The notes under the pieces were generated by a model. It saw only the letters and a program-made list of their open reading frames with translations. It did not search any database and was not told the origin of the DNA. From Spirochaetota bacterium (GTDB lineage: Bacteria; Spirochaetota; UBA4802; JAFGDQ01), in assembly GCA_016932015.1 (NCBI GenBank), contig JAFGDQ010000019.1, positions 11,214 through 75,213 of the forward strand: a stretch of DNA of 64,000 nt. Reading direction: 5' to 3'. Of this stretch, positions 13,905 through 23,596 are shown in pieces (within the stretch, counting starts at the first letter, position 1; each line of letters begins with the position of its first letter). The translations under genes and the position numbers were made by a program.

Positions 13905-14137
13905 TCAAGAATTTCCAGCACTATCTTCTTGCCTAGTTTGGTAGCTGAAGCATTAAGTATAGTCCTGATTGCTCTCGCAATTCGGCCGTGTTTGCCAATA
14001 ACTTTACCAATATCCTCTTTTCTTACTTTAAGCTCGAGAATAGTGGACTTTTCACCTTCAACTTCATGAATTTCAACATCTTCCGGATTATCAACAAGAC
14101 ATTTAACCATATACTCTACAAGCTCTTTGAAATCCAT
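13901..14137 (-). CDS. KH-domain RNA-binding protein (YlqC/UPF0109)
   Basis: 78 aa with the GxxG KH loop (VIGKHGRIARAI). Conserved position between rpsP and rimM. Confidence 0.8.
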   Translation of the reverse strand: MDFKELVEYMVKCLVDNPEDVEIHEVEGEKSTILELKVRKEDIGKVIGKHGRIARAIRTILNASATKLGKKIVLEILD

Positions 14138-14421
14138 TAATTCGTACCTCCGGTAGAAGCCTTGCTGTCTTTGAATTTTTTCCAGATTCCTGCTTTTCTT
14201 AACAGTTTTTCAGTAGTTTCACTCGGGATTGCTCCTTTGCCGAGCCATTTCATTACGTTTTCTTCATTGATGTTGAACTGGTCTGATTTAGAGATTGGGT
14301 GATATTGACCCAAGTATTCGATAACATCTCCATCTCTTTTTTTTCTGCTGTCTACAGCAACTACCCTGTAATAGGGTCTTTTTTTAGTTCCCATCCGTTG
14401 TAACCGTATCTTAACCGACAC
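14137..14421 (-). CDS. rpsP: 30S ribosomal protein S16
   Basis: MSVKIRLQRMGTKKRPYYRVV is the canonical S16 N-terminus. Confidence 0.9.
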   Translation of the reverse strand: MSVKIRLQRMGTKKRPYYRVVAVDSRKKRDGDVIEYLGQYHPISKSDQFNINEENVMKWLGKGAIPSETTEKLLRKAGIWKKFKDSKASTGGTN

Positions 14422-14560
14422 CTCTAGTAACCTCCAGATAATTCGTCAAATAGCTGATTATTAAATAAGCCGTTTTTTTGTCAATAATTAAATTGACTGA
14501 TATTTTTTATGAGTTTTAATATTTAATTGAAACGTATATTTGAAAATTTTTAAAGAATTT

Positions 14561-15580
14561 TTAATCAAAATCATCCGCTTTAAGTATAATTACATCAATT
14601 ATTTTTTTATTAAACATTATATTAACTCTTGCATTGCCCCTTCTTTTAAAGATAAAATCAATTTTCCAGCCAGGTTTCATTATTCTGGAAAAGCGAATTC
14701 TTTTTGATTTGCTGTCTTCTATATATGCTTCATATAATCCCTGTTTTTCATTTTCGGGAATATTATATATGACTCTTTCGTATGAAGTGTATTGTTTTTC
14801 ATTTTCCTGATAATAATTAATTTTTAGTTTTACAGTTGCACCCTCGCTTAGAATCACGCCCGGATCCGGTTTTTGTGATTCGATGCGGCCGCTTTTGTTT
14901 TTTGAGTCTGTAATTACTATTTCTTCAGCGATATACAGGCCTTTTGAAAGCAGCAGGTCATAGCACAGTTCAATTGACTGTCTGGTGACTTTGGGCATTT
15001 TCATATCATTGTCAATATTGCCGGCTGAAACGAGCAGATTTATTTTTCTGTCAGGTGATATTTCCTCTCCAACTTCAGGGCTGTGATCGATAATAATATT
15101 TTCTGCGACTTTTGAGGGGGTATATGATATAATCCCTGTATCAAGTGAATATGATTTATCGTTATATGTAATATTCTTCAGTTTATTAAAAGCAAAAGGC
15201 AGTTTTGTTCCAATTAAATCCGGCATTGGCAGGTATATCCTGCTTCTGCTTACAGTTAGCTTGATTTTATGCCCTTCAATAACAATAGTGCCTTTCTCCG
15301 GTTGCTGTTTTAAAATTATTCCGTTGTCAATATCAAAAACATCATATAATTCAATTTCAGGAGTAAGCCCTTTGCGAACAAGACTGTTATAGACTTCTAT
15401 GAAACGCTTGCCGGTCACATATGGAACCTCGACCTCTTTGTCCGGTTTTGTCAGAAAAACAAGGACTAATGCTGAAATAAAGAGATATATTGACAGGCCA
15501 ATGAACAAAACCAATGCCAGCCGGCCGATAAAATTCAGATTTATTTTTCTCTTTTCTTTTTTTGTTAAATCCTGGTCCAT
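14561..15580 (-). CDS. membrane-anchored protein with three PASTA-like domains
   Basis: N-terminal TM helix, then three ~65-aa repeats with PASTA-like pattern (P.V.G...A...L...GL......V). Confidence 0.55.
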   Translation of the reverse strand: MDQDLTKKEKRKINLNFIGRLALVLFIGLSIYLFISALVLVFLTKPDKEVEVPYVTGKRFIEVYNSLVRKGLTPEIELYDVFDIDNGIILKQQPEKGTIVIEGHKIKLTVSRSRIYLPMPDLIGTKLPFAFNKLKNITYNDKSYSLDTGIISYTPSKVAENIIIDHSPEVGEEISPDRKINLLVSAGNIDNDMKMPKVTRQSIELCYDLLLSKGLYIAEEIVITDSKNKSGRIESQKPDPGVILSEGATVKLKINYYQENEKQYTSYERVIYNIPENEKQGLYEAYIEDSKSKRIRFSRIMKPGWKIDFIFKRRGNARVNIMFNKKIIDVIILKADDFD

Positions 15581-15799
15581 GTTAGCAACTCCTGCCGGTT
15601 AATGCCGGAAAACATTAAGCTGACAGTTTTTTATATAGGGTTTTTACTATATTGTAAATAATAAAAATTATAATAATTACTTTGATGGTAATTAAAATCA
15701 ATAGACATATCGATAAATTAATGTGAACATGTAAAGCAAATTAATGGAAAATATAAGTATAGCTGTTTTTTTTTACTTTATTAAAAATTTAAAATAGAA

Positions 15800-16918
15800 A
15801 TGATAAAAATCCTGTTAACATCTGATCTGCATTTGGGATTGGGGCTGGGCGGTGAAAAATCTCCTGTACCTTACTCTTCCAGATTGAAAACTTTAAAAAA
15901 ACTGGTCTATCTTGCGAAATCACATGACTTGTTTTTAATTGCAGGGGATTTCTTCCATAGAACAGGATTGAATCAGGAAACTCTGGATATTGTAAGAAAA
16001 GAATTTGAAGATCTCAGAAAAAGCGGAGTGGAAATAGTAATAACTAGCGGTGAACAGGAAATAGATAAGCAGGGGGAAAGTCCGGTCTTAAATGATCTTA
16101 ATGCCAGTAAAGTCTTTTTTGATTCCGAAAGGCTGATTCCATATAAGTATTCAAAAGAGAATCAGGATATATTTGTTTACGGCCTTCCTTCGAACAGCAA
16201 ATTAAATATATCAGATATTAAAAAGATATCCGGTAACGGATTCCATATAGGACTGTTTCATGCTGATTTTAATATCAGCAGAGATGAAAAAGATTCAGAA
16301 ATCATCAGAATAGGCAAGAAAGATATTATCTCTTCAAGTCTTGATTTTTACGCATTAGGCCATCATCATCAGTTTCAACTGTTTAAATCAAACGATCATT
16401 ATATAGGCGCGTATCCGGGCAGCCCGGAATCTGTAACTCTTGACGAGAAAGGCGAAAGATACGCATTGTCAATTACTGTAAAAGATGACGAGATTTTTCA
16501 GATTAAAAGACTGACTGTCAACACATCTTTTATTGAGCATCTGGCATTTGACTGTACAGACTCAGATAAGGAGGCACTTACAAGTGTTATTAAGGATGCT
16601 GATCCGGGCCAAAATAAGGTCTTAAAAATTATATTAACAGGTACAAGGAATTTCAGATTTAATATTAAAGAGATTACTGAAAAAAAATTACAGAGTATAT
16701 ACTTTGAGGATGAATCGATTCCGGGTATTTATCTTCTTATTGATGAATTTTCCCGGGATGAAACAATCAGAGGTGAATTTTTTAAAATCCTTAAGGAAAA
16801 AGAAGGAACAGATTTGTTTAAAAAAATGGATAATAAGATTCTGTCAAATGTTCTTGGTGAAATCATATATTCCGGAGCTTATACACTGGAGGATCTATGC
16901 AGTTACTGGAGTGCATAG
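15800..16918 (+). CDS. SbcD/Mre11-family metallophosphoesterase (YhaO-like)
   Basis: Phosphoesterase motifs TSDLHLG, AGDFFH and GHHH. 372 aa. Overlaps the next gene by 22 nt. Confidence 0.75.
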   Translation: MIKILLTSDLHLGLGLGGEKSPVPYSSRLKTLKKLVYLAKSHDLFLIAGDFFHRTGLNQETLDIVRKEFEDLRKSGVEIVITSGEQEIDKQGESPVLNDLNASKVFFDSERLIPYKYSKENQDIFVYGLPSNSKLNISDIKKISGNGFHIGLFHADFNISRDEKDSEIIRIGKKDIISSSLDFYALGHHHQFQLFKSNDHYIGAYPGSPESVTLDEKGERYALSITVKDDEIFQIKRLTVNTSFIEHLAFDCTDSDKEALTSVIKDADPGQNKVLKIILTGTRNFRFNIKEITEKKLQSIYFEDESIPGIYLLIDEFSRDETIRGEFFKILKEKEGTDLFKKMDNKILSNVLGEIIYSGAYTLEDLCSYWSA

Positions 16919-19071
16919 TTCAGAAACCCGGTTTGATTGAAAAGACCCTGAAGTTTGATAAAAGCGCTACAATTATATACGGGAAAAATGAATCAGGAAA
17001 AAGCCTTATTGCTAAAGCAATTATTGATACATTATGGGGACAGTTTTCAGGGCCTGTTTTATTGAATGGTGATATATGGGATGATTTTTATTTTGAGGTT
17101 TCATTCCTGAATTCACTTAAAAGATACAGATTCATAAAAGACCGGAAGGAATGCTTTTCAATTAATTCATCTGAAACAGATACCGCTGAAAATGAGAAGG
17201 AAATTTTAAGAAAGTTTTACAATTCCGATGATCTGAACAAGAGCGGAGTTTTGTCTTCTGATTTATTTTCTGAGATCAATGACAGTAATATTATAAATTT
17301 TTTTAAAAGAATTAATATCGATGCTTTCATGAATGTTTCATATCTTCCGGATTCTGTTGAAATTTTTAAAAATGGTACAATCAATTATAATATTTTCAGG
17401 AAAGTTGTTTTAAACGACAGCACCGGATTTTTTTCATTACATGAAAGCCTGTCCGGATCGTTTATTGAGGGCGAAGCAGAAAAAAATAATTCACTCCTGA
17501 CGGAAATAGCTGAACTGGAAAATGAGTTTAACAGCATAAAAACGAGAATTGATGTCTCGACGCTCAATATTTCCAGGTTTGAACGTATTAAGAAAGAAAA
17601 GATAAGACTTGAAAGTGAATTAAAAGATCTGGAATCTGAGCTTGGTAAAACAAGAGACCGGAAATCCGGACTTTTGTCTGTTCAGAATAATTTAAAAAAA
17701 ATGGATGAAATCAATTCCGCTATCAATGCAAAAAAACTGGAAAAGGAGATTGAACATCAGAAAAGAAATTCAATTATGGAAATGGAGGAGGAAATAAGGC
17801 GGCAGCATCCCCGGTTTTATAATTTTGAAGAAAGCAATATCAAAAATTTAAAGACCATACAGGAAACTTACAGAGAAGTCAGGGATATTTATGAAGATAT
17901 AGGAAATTTTTATCTCGAACAGAGCGAGAAAAAGAATAAAATAAAAAATATAATCCTGTTCATAAATGTTGTTTCAATATTACTGCTTGCCGGTGTCCTG
18001 GTGTTTAATTATATTTTCTTTGTTCCCTTTTTCAATGAATATAAATTCAGATTTATTATTGCCTTGTTGTCTCTTTCAATAGGCAGTTCGGCATTGTTCT
18101 TTTTGTTCGGAATTATTAATTTTTCTTCCGGAGATTTAAAGAATAAAATGAAAAAAAAATATAGTATTGAGAAAAAGCTAGAAGGCAGTTTGAAAAAAAA
18201 TAATATTATTCTTAATGAATATAAACTTGAGACAATTTATGAATATCTCGCAAAGTATTTTGAGGAGTACGGAGAGTATTCAATTAAACAGTCCGAGTTG
18301 ATGAAAATGAAGGATGCTTTCAAGGAGAATTTTTCCGGTAATGTGCTCGATGATGAACTTGAAAGGCTGAAAATAAATGAAAGCCTTGTCAAAGAAGAAA
18401 TTGATCATGATCTGAAATTGCTTAAGGGTATAAACAGGTCTGAACTTAATGCTGAAAATATTGGTAGAATTATTAATGAAAAGAACAGGAAAATAATTGA
18501 TATTAAAGAAAAGATCAGGCATACAAATAAGATAATATTACAAATAAACAAAGAGGAAAATGAAAGCATCAAGGGCTGTGATACAGCTTCTCTCTTAATC
18601 GAAAGGGATGAGATCTTAAAACGTTTAAATAAACTTGATTTATATAAAACTTCACTTGAATTTATTACAAATAATATTAAAGAGGCCATTATCAGAAAAG
18701 AGCAGAAGGAATTTCAAAGGCTTTTCGCAAAAGCTGCAGAAGTTTTTCATTTTTTGACTGATAATCAATATAAAGAAACCATTAATGACGGAACAATAGA
18801 GCAGATGATAAAAGGGACAACAGGCAGTGAATTATTGAATATTCCGGTTATTCATTTAATACTGCTTTCCATTAAACTTGCAGTTACAGATTTTTTTGCT
18901 GAACTGAAAATAAATCTTCCGTTTATACTTGATGAGCCTTTTCAGAATATGGATGAGAACAGGGTTTCAAGGTTTAAAGAGATACTGGATGAAAAGTCCG
19001 GTAAAAGACAGATTGTTATTTTTACCCGTAACAATATGTACAGAGACTGGGGCAGCTGTATTGAGTTATGA
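16897..19071 (+). CDS. SbcC/Rad50-like ATPase with internal transmembrane helices (YhaN-like)
   Basis: N-terminal Walker A (GKNESGKS), long coiled coils, C-terminal Walker B/D-loop (ILDEPFQNMDE). Two to three hydrophobic helices sit mid-protein (ILFINVVSILLLAGVLVF..., IIALLSLSIGSSALFFLFGII). Confidence 0.7.
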   Translation: MQLLECIVQKPGLIEKTLKFDKSATIIYGKNESGKSLIAKAIIDTLWGQFSGPVLLNGDIWDDFYFEVSFLNSLKRYRFIKDRKECFSINSSETDTAENEKEILRKFYNSDDLNKSGVLSSDLFSEINDSNIINFFKRINIDAFMNVSYLPDSVEIFKNGTINYNIFRKVVLNDSTGFFSLHESLSGSFIEGEAEKNNSLLTEIAELENEFNSIKTRIDVSTLNISRFERIKKEKIRLESELKDLESELGKTRDRKSGLLSVQNNLKKMDEINSAINAKKLEKEIEHQKRNSIMEMEEEIRRQHPRFYNFEESNIKNLKTIQETYREVRDIYEDIGNFYLEQSEKKNKIKNIILFINVVSILLLAGVLVFNYIFFVPFFNEYKFRFIIALLSLSIGSSALFFLFGIINFSSGDLKNKMKKKYSIEKKLEGSLKKNNIILNEYKLETIYEYLAKYFEEYGEYSIKQSELMKMKDAFKENFSGNVLDDELERLKINESLVKEEIDHDLKLLKGINRSELNAENIGRIINEKNRKIIDIKEKIRHTNKIILQINKEENESIKGCDTASLLIERDEILKRLNKLDLYKTSLEFITNNIKEAIIRKEQKEFQRLFAKAAEVFHFLTDNQYKETINDGTIEQMIKGTTGSELLNIPVIHLILLSIKLAVTDFFAELKINLPFILDEPFQNMDENRVSRFKEILDEKSGKRQIVIFTRNNMYRDWGSCIEL

Positions 19072-20060
19072 ACATGAACCGGAACGGCCAGCTTTCATTT
19101 TCTGATGATCCATTATTAATCGGGATCAATGAGGTATATCAACTGATTGAGGAGGGAAATTTCTCCGATACTATTGGAAAGCTTGATAAGCTGATGGACC
19201 TTAATCCGGATTATCCTGGGCTTGCAGAATGCTACAGGACTGCCAAATTCTGGGTAAACAGAAGTGGTGAGCTTTCAGGACTTGAGAAAGGCAGACAGAC
19301 AGCGGATTTCTTGATGCGTGAATGGGAAAGCTATAAAGATTACGCATCAAAAAATAATATGATTGATTCTACAGCTTATACTTGCGTAATGAAGAATATT
19401 TTTTTTAATGCATCCGAGCATTACAAGATTGCCTTTCAGACTCAGGAAAGCATAACGGATAATTTTGATTTGCTTGTAAATCTGGGCACATGCTTTCTTA
19501 TACTCGGTGAGTACAAACCTTCAATAGAAACACTGGAATATGCCAGAAGTTCAAACAGAAATGATGCTAAACTGAATTCTCTGCTTGGAGAGGCATATTT
19601 TCATATTGATGAAATATCAAGAGGCCTCCTGTTTTTTAAGGAGGCTTTTTTTATAAACCCGTCTGATATAGATTTGAATATACTGAAATCTGAACCTGTT
19701 CAGAGTCTGATTAGAGTTACTAAAGAAAGAAAACCTGAATGCAGAGATGTCAGAGAATGGATACCGGTTTTCGGATTTATTGAAGATATTTTTTATGCGA
19801 GAAGGAATATCAACAGTCAGCAGGTGGAAACAATTAAGCGCGAAATTTATTCACTTGAAAAAAATTGCCGGGATATGAGTAAAGAGAAAATTCCGGAGTC
19901 AAATATTGTTCCGAGATTAATTAATAAATATATATGGATGCTGGACTATTTCAGATTTCAGAACTATAACTATGAAAGCATTTCAGAGATCAGGAACAGG
20001 CTGGTCGTACTGGACAAAGATATTTTCGAAACATTTTTTAAAGAGAACGAAATCAAATAA
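19068..20060 (+). CDS. hypothetical helical-repeat (TPR-like) protein, third gene of the SbcCD-like operon
   Basis: 4-nt ATGA overlap with the upstream ATPase gene. 330 aa with no nuclease or ATPase motif seen. Confidence 0.4.
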   Translation: MNMNRNGQLSFSDDPLLIGINEVYQLIEEGNFSDTIGKLDKLMDLNPDYPGLAECYRTAKFWVNRSGELSGLEKGRQTADFLMREWESYKDYASKNNMIDSTAYTCVMKNIFFNASEHYKIAFQTQESITDNFDLLVNLGTCFLILGEYKPSIETLEYARSSNRNDAKLNSLLGEAYFHIDEISRGLLFFKEAFFINPSDIDLNILKSEPVQSLIRVTKERKPECRDVREWIPVFGFIEDIFYARRNINSQQVETIKREIYSLEKNCRDMSKEKIPESNIVPRLINKYIWMLDYFRFQNYNYESISEIRNRLVVLDKDIFETFFKENEIK

Positions 20061-20064
20061 CTTT

Positions 20065-23000
20065 TTATTTTCTGTCCAGAATTTCCCTTATTTTTGAAAG
20101 AAGCGAGTTCGTTTCAAGCGGTTTTTTAATAAAATCAAATTCTCTGTCTTTAATTCCTTTATCAAGAATAATATCACGTGTATATCCGCTCGTAAACAGT
20201 ACTTTAATATCAGGGTATTTTTTTATTATTTCATCATATACTTCCCTGCCGTTCTTATAGGGCATTACTGAATCTATAATAACAAGATCTACATTCGTGC
20301 TGGTGTTGAATTTTTGTATGGCGTCATGTCCGTCGATTGCTTCAATTATCTGATAGCCGTATTTTTCAAGTATTGTTTTTATGAGTAGCCTAACCTGATT
20401 ATTGTCTTCAGCTACCAGTATTTTTTCGCTGCCGCCAATTGATTTTCCCCTGTTGCCGGATATTTCTGTACCGGTCTCATGCCCTGAAACAGGAAAATAA
20501 ATATGAAAAGTCGTTCCCAATCCGGGTTCACTGTATACATTGATATGTCCGTTATGCTGGTTTACAATACCATAAACTGTGGAAAGTCCGAGTCCGGTTC
20601 CTTTGCCGACTTCCTTGGTTGTGAAGAAAGGATCAAACATGTGCTGCATTGTTTCACTGTCTATGCCTGAACCTGTGTCTGATACGGACATAAGGACGTA
20701 TTTCCCCGGTTTGCCGGAATCAGGAATGTCTACGTGATCAATGCCGGGTTCAACAATTCTGGTTTCAATTGTAAGGTTTCCGCCTTTTGTAATTGCGTCT
20801 CTTGCGTTTGTCGCAAGATTAAATAATATTTGATCAATCTGTGTGGCATCGCCCATGATGGATGTATCATCATCAGTCAGTTTTGTTTTAAAAATAATAT
20901 CTTCGGTCAGGAGGCGTCTGAGAAGAGTTTCTGTTTTTTGAATATGATTATTAAGATTTATATTATCGAGGCTTACTATTTTTTTTCTGCTGAAAGTGAG
21001 CAGGTTTTGTGTAAGTCCTGTTGCTTTTTCTGCTGAGGAGATAATCTGGTCAATGTAGGCCCGAAGAGGGCTGTTTTCATCAATTTCCATTTGCATCAGG
21101 TCAGCATATCCGGTCATAATGCTGAGTATATTATTAAAGTCATGCGCTATTCCGCCAACAAATGTTCCAAGAGCTTCCATTTTTTGAGCATGATTAAGCT
21201 GTATCTGCAGCTTTTCCTTTTCTTCATCAGCTTTTTTCCTGTTTGTTATATTTTCAGAAATTCCTTCATAGTGAATTATTTCACCGTTATTATTGCGAAC
21301 GGCCTGTGCGTTTGTTGATACCCATATTTTCGTGCCGTCTTTTCTGTAAAACTGATGCTCGAATCCGTCAATATGATCTTCCTGTGCCAGCGATTGAATA
21401 AATTTTGAATACTCGTCCGGATTAACAAAAAGCTGATCTTTTATGCTGGTTATATCTGCGATCAGTTCTTCACAATTATCATAACCGAGCATACCGGCAA
21501 ATGACGGATTTATACTGATGAATTTCCCCTGCGGGGTGCTCTGGAAAATACCTTCAACTGCTCTTTCAAAAATATTCCTGTATTTTTTTTCGCTGATTTT
21601 TAACGCTTCCTCCGCTGTTTTTCGTTCAGTAATATCCATGCCGAACGAAATAGTCCCTGTAACTCTATTTTTCGAGGTTACAGTGTTATTTCTCCATACT
21701 ATATATCTTTCCTCTTCATTTTTTGTTCTAATGTTATTTTCAAATCTGGCGGGAATTCCTCCTGTTGCGAGACGTTCAAATTCTTTTAATACTTCAGGGA
21801 AATTTTTTCTAGGCACAATAACATCAAACCAGCTTTTATTTGTTACTTCGTCCCTGGTATAGCCTGTGATTTCTTCTGCAGCTTTGTTGAAGATAATTAT
21901 TCTGCCTTCAAGGTCAAGGCCGACTACAATAGTATTTGCTGTTTCTATAAGATTCTCGGCGAATTCTTTTGCAGACTGCAGTGCTATTTCCGCGTTTTTT
22001 CTTTGAGTGATGTCGGAGATAAGGCTGTCGAAAGAAATCGGTTTATTGCTGCTGTCCCGCAGAACTACTGTTGAATTTCGAACCCATCTTATGCTGCCGT
22101 CTTTATGAATAATACGGTGCTCAATCGGATTCAGTTCTTCATTGTTCAGTATTCTCTGCCCGTGCGCTTCAATTATTTTTTTATCTTCCGGATATATCAT
22201 ATTTGTCCACAGATCGGGATTTTTATTCAATTCATCAGGCGTATATCCGGTTATTGAGAAGCATCCCGGACCGTGAGATGTACTTAGCAGTTCATTGCCC
22301 TTTACATTGAATGTGTATATGTAGTCAGTTGTTGATTCAACTAGATGTTTATAACGATCCTCACTTTGCAGCAGTGATTCCATGATTTTTTTCTGTTCTG
22401 TTATATCCGATTGCTGAAGAATAACATTTGTTAATTTTCCGTTTTTATCTTTAACCGGGAATATGGTAACATCAAGGATAATACTGACCCGGTTTTTTAA
22501 GGAAAGATGTTTTAGTAAAGCGGTATTATAGCTGATTTCAAAATTGACTGTATCGCCTTTTGAGAAAACACGTCTAACAAGCGGCATATTACCCTGCTCT
22601 TCAATAATGTTATCTTTCAATACATTATACTTTCCCAGCACCTCATTTTCCGAAATATTCATCAGGTTGAGCAGGGCATTGTTAATTCTGACAAGAGTAC
22701 CCTTGTCATCGGTAATGGAGATCGGGTTGGGGCTTTGGTCAATAAGGCTGTTCAGAAAAGAATCCGTTTTAAAAAGCGCATTTTCGTATTTCCTTAATTC
22801 CGTAATATCATTAAATGTCATGTAGACCTGGTCTGGTGATGACTCCCCAGGTTTAAACAAAGGAGTCGCATTAACAAGAATCCAGCGGTGTTTTTGTTCA
22901 CTGGGATGATAAAATCCCATGACCGTATTATTTACGGGCTTGCCTGTCCTCAAGGCTGTTATGGCGGGATGAGACTCTCCCGGAAAGACGGAACCGTCTT

Positions 23001-23211
23001 CATGTATGAATTTCCATTCAGAAGCATCGGAAGTAAGACCCTTCATTTCATCATGTGAACGACCGAGAATCTTTTCTGCAGCAGGATTGCACAAAATAAT
23101 AATTCCGTCTTTATCCTGATAGACAACTCCCAGAGGCATTGTTCTGTACAATACTTCATATTTGTCTTCAGGTTCTGAGATGGATTTGAATTCTTTAAAA
23201 TTTTCTGCCAT
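20065..23211 (-). CDS. multi-PAS hybrid sensor histidine kinase with C-terminal receiver domain
   Basis: Several PAS repeats. H-box (AHDFNNIL), N/G boxes (GTGLGLSTVYGIV). C-terminal REC domain (KILVAEDN...IIDSVMP...K). Confidence 0.85.
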   Translation of the reverse strand: MAENFKEFKSISEPEDKYEVLYRTMPLGVVYQDKDGIIILCNPAAEKILGRSHDEMKGLTSDASEWKFIHEDGSVFPGESHPAITALRTGKPVNNTVMGFYHPSEQKHRWILVNATPLFKPGESSPDQVYMTFNDITELRKYENALFKTDSFLNSLIDQSPNPISITDDKGTLVRINNALLNLMNISENEVLGKYNVLKDNIIEEQGNMPLVRRVFSKGDTVNFEISYNTALLKHLSLKNRVSIILDVTIFPVKDKNGKLTNVILQQSDITEQKKIMESLLQSEDRYKHLVESTTDYIYTFNVKGNELLSTSHGPGCFSITGYTPDELNKNPDLWTNMIYPEDKKIIEAHGQRILNNEELNPIEHRIIHKDGSIRWVRNSTVVLRDSSNKPISFDSLISDITQRKNAEIALQSAKEFAENLIETANTIVVGLDLEGRIIIFNKAAEEITGYTRDEVTNKSWFDVIVPRKNFPEVLKEFERLATGGIPARFENNIRTKNEEERYIVWRNNTVTSKNRVTGTISFGMDITERKTAEEALKISEKKYRNIFERAVEGIFQSTPQGKFISINPSFAGMLGYDNCEELIADITSIKDQLFVNPDEYSKFIQSLAQEDHIDGFEHQFYRKDGTKIWVSTNAQAVRNNNGEIIHYEGISENITNRKKADEEKEKLQIQLNHAQKMEALGTFVGGIAHDFNNILSIMTGYADLMQMEIDENSPLRAYIDQIISSAEKATGLTQNLLTFSRKKIVSLDNINLNNHIQKTETLLRRLLTEDIIFKTKLTDDDTSIMGDATQIDQILFNLATNARDAITKGGNLTIETRIVEPGIDHVDIPDSGKPGKYVLMSVSDTGSGIDSETMQHMFDPFFTTKEVGKGTGLGLSTVYGIVNQHNGHINVYSEPGLGTTFHIYFPVSGHETGTEISGNRGKSIGGSEKILVAEDNNQVRLLIKTILEKYGYQIIEAIDGHDAIQKFNTSTNVDLVIIDSVMPYKNGREVYDEIIKKYPDIKVLFTSGYTRDIILDKGIKDREFDFIKKPLETNSLLSKIREILDRK

Positions 23212-23596
23212 ATTCTTTACTGTAAAATATTTATTTTATGAAAAGCTTAAGATTGGAACAGAAGGAAAGCATGGGCATACATAAAATTATATTTGTAAAT
23301 TTTTATAAATCAAGATAAATTCATTGAATTGATATCGCGGTCAAAACTGTTTTAATACGTCATTAAATTTTTCATATAAAGGGAATTTTTATGTTTCATC
23401 AGCGACAGACGGAAAATGATTGACGAAGTTAAAATACCGGGGCATAATTTATTTAAATGAAAATCTTATTCTGTTAAGCGTATTCTCTTAATCAGCCGCA
23501 ATTAATCCTGTTTACTGTATTATTGCGTGGATTTTTTTGAAGCAAGAGTATTTGTTTACCTGGATAAGGTTAAAAAAATATGATCAGGGTTTTATT

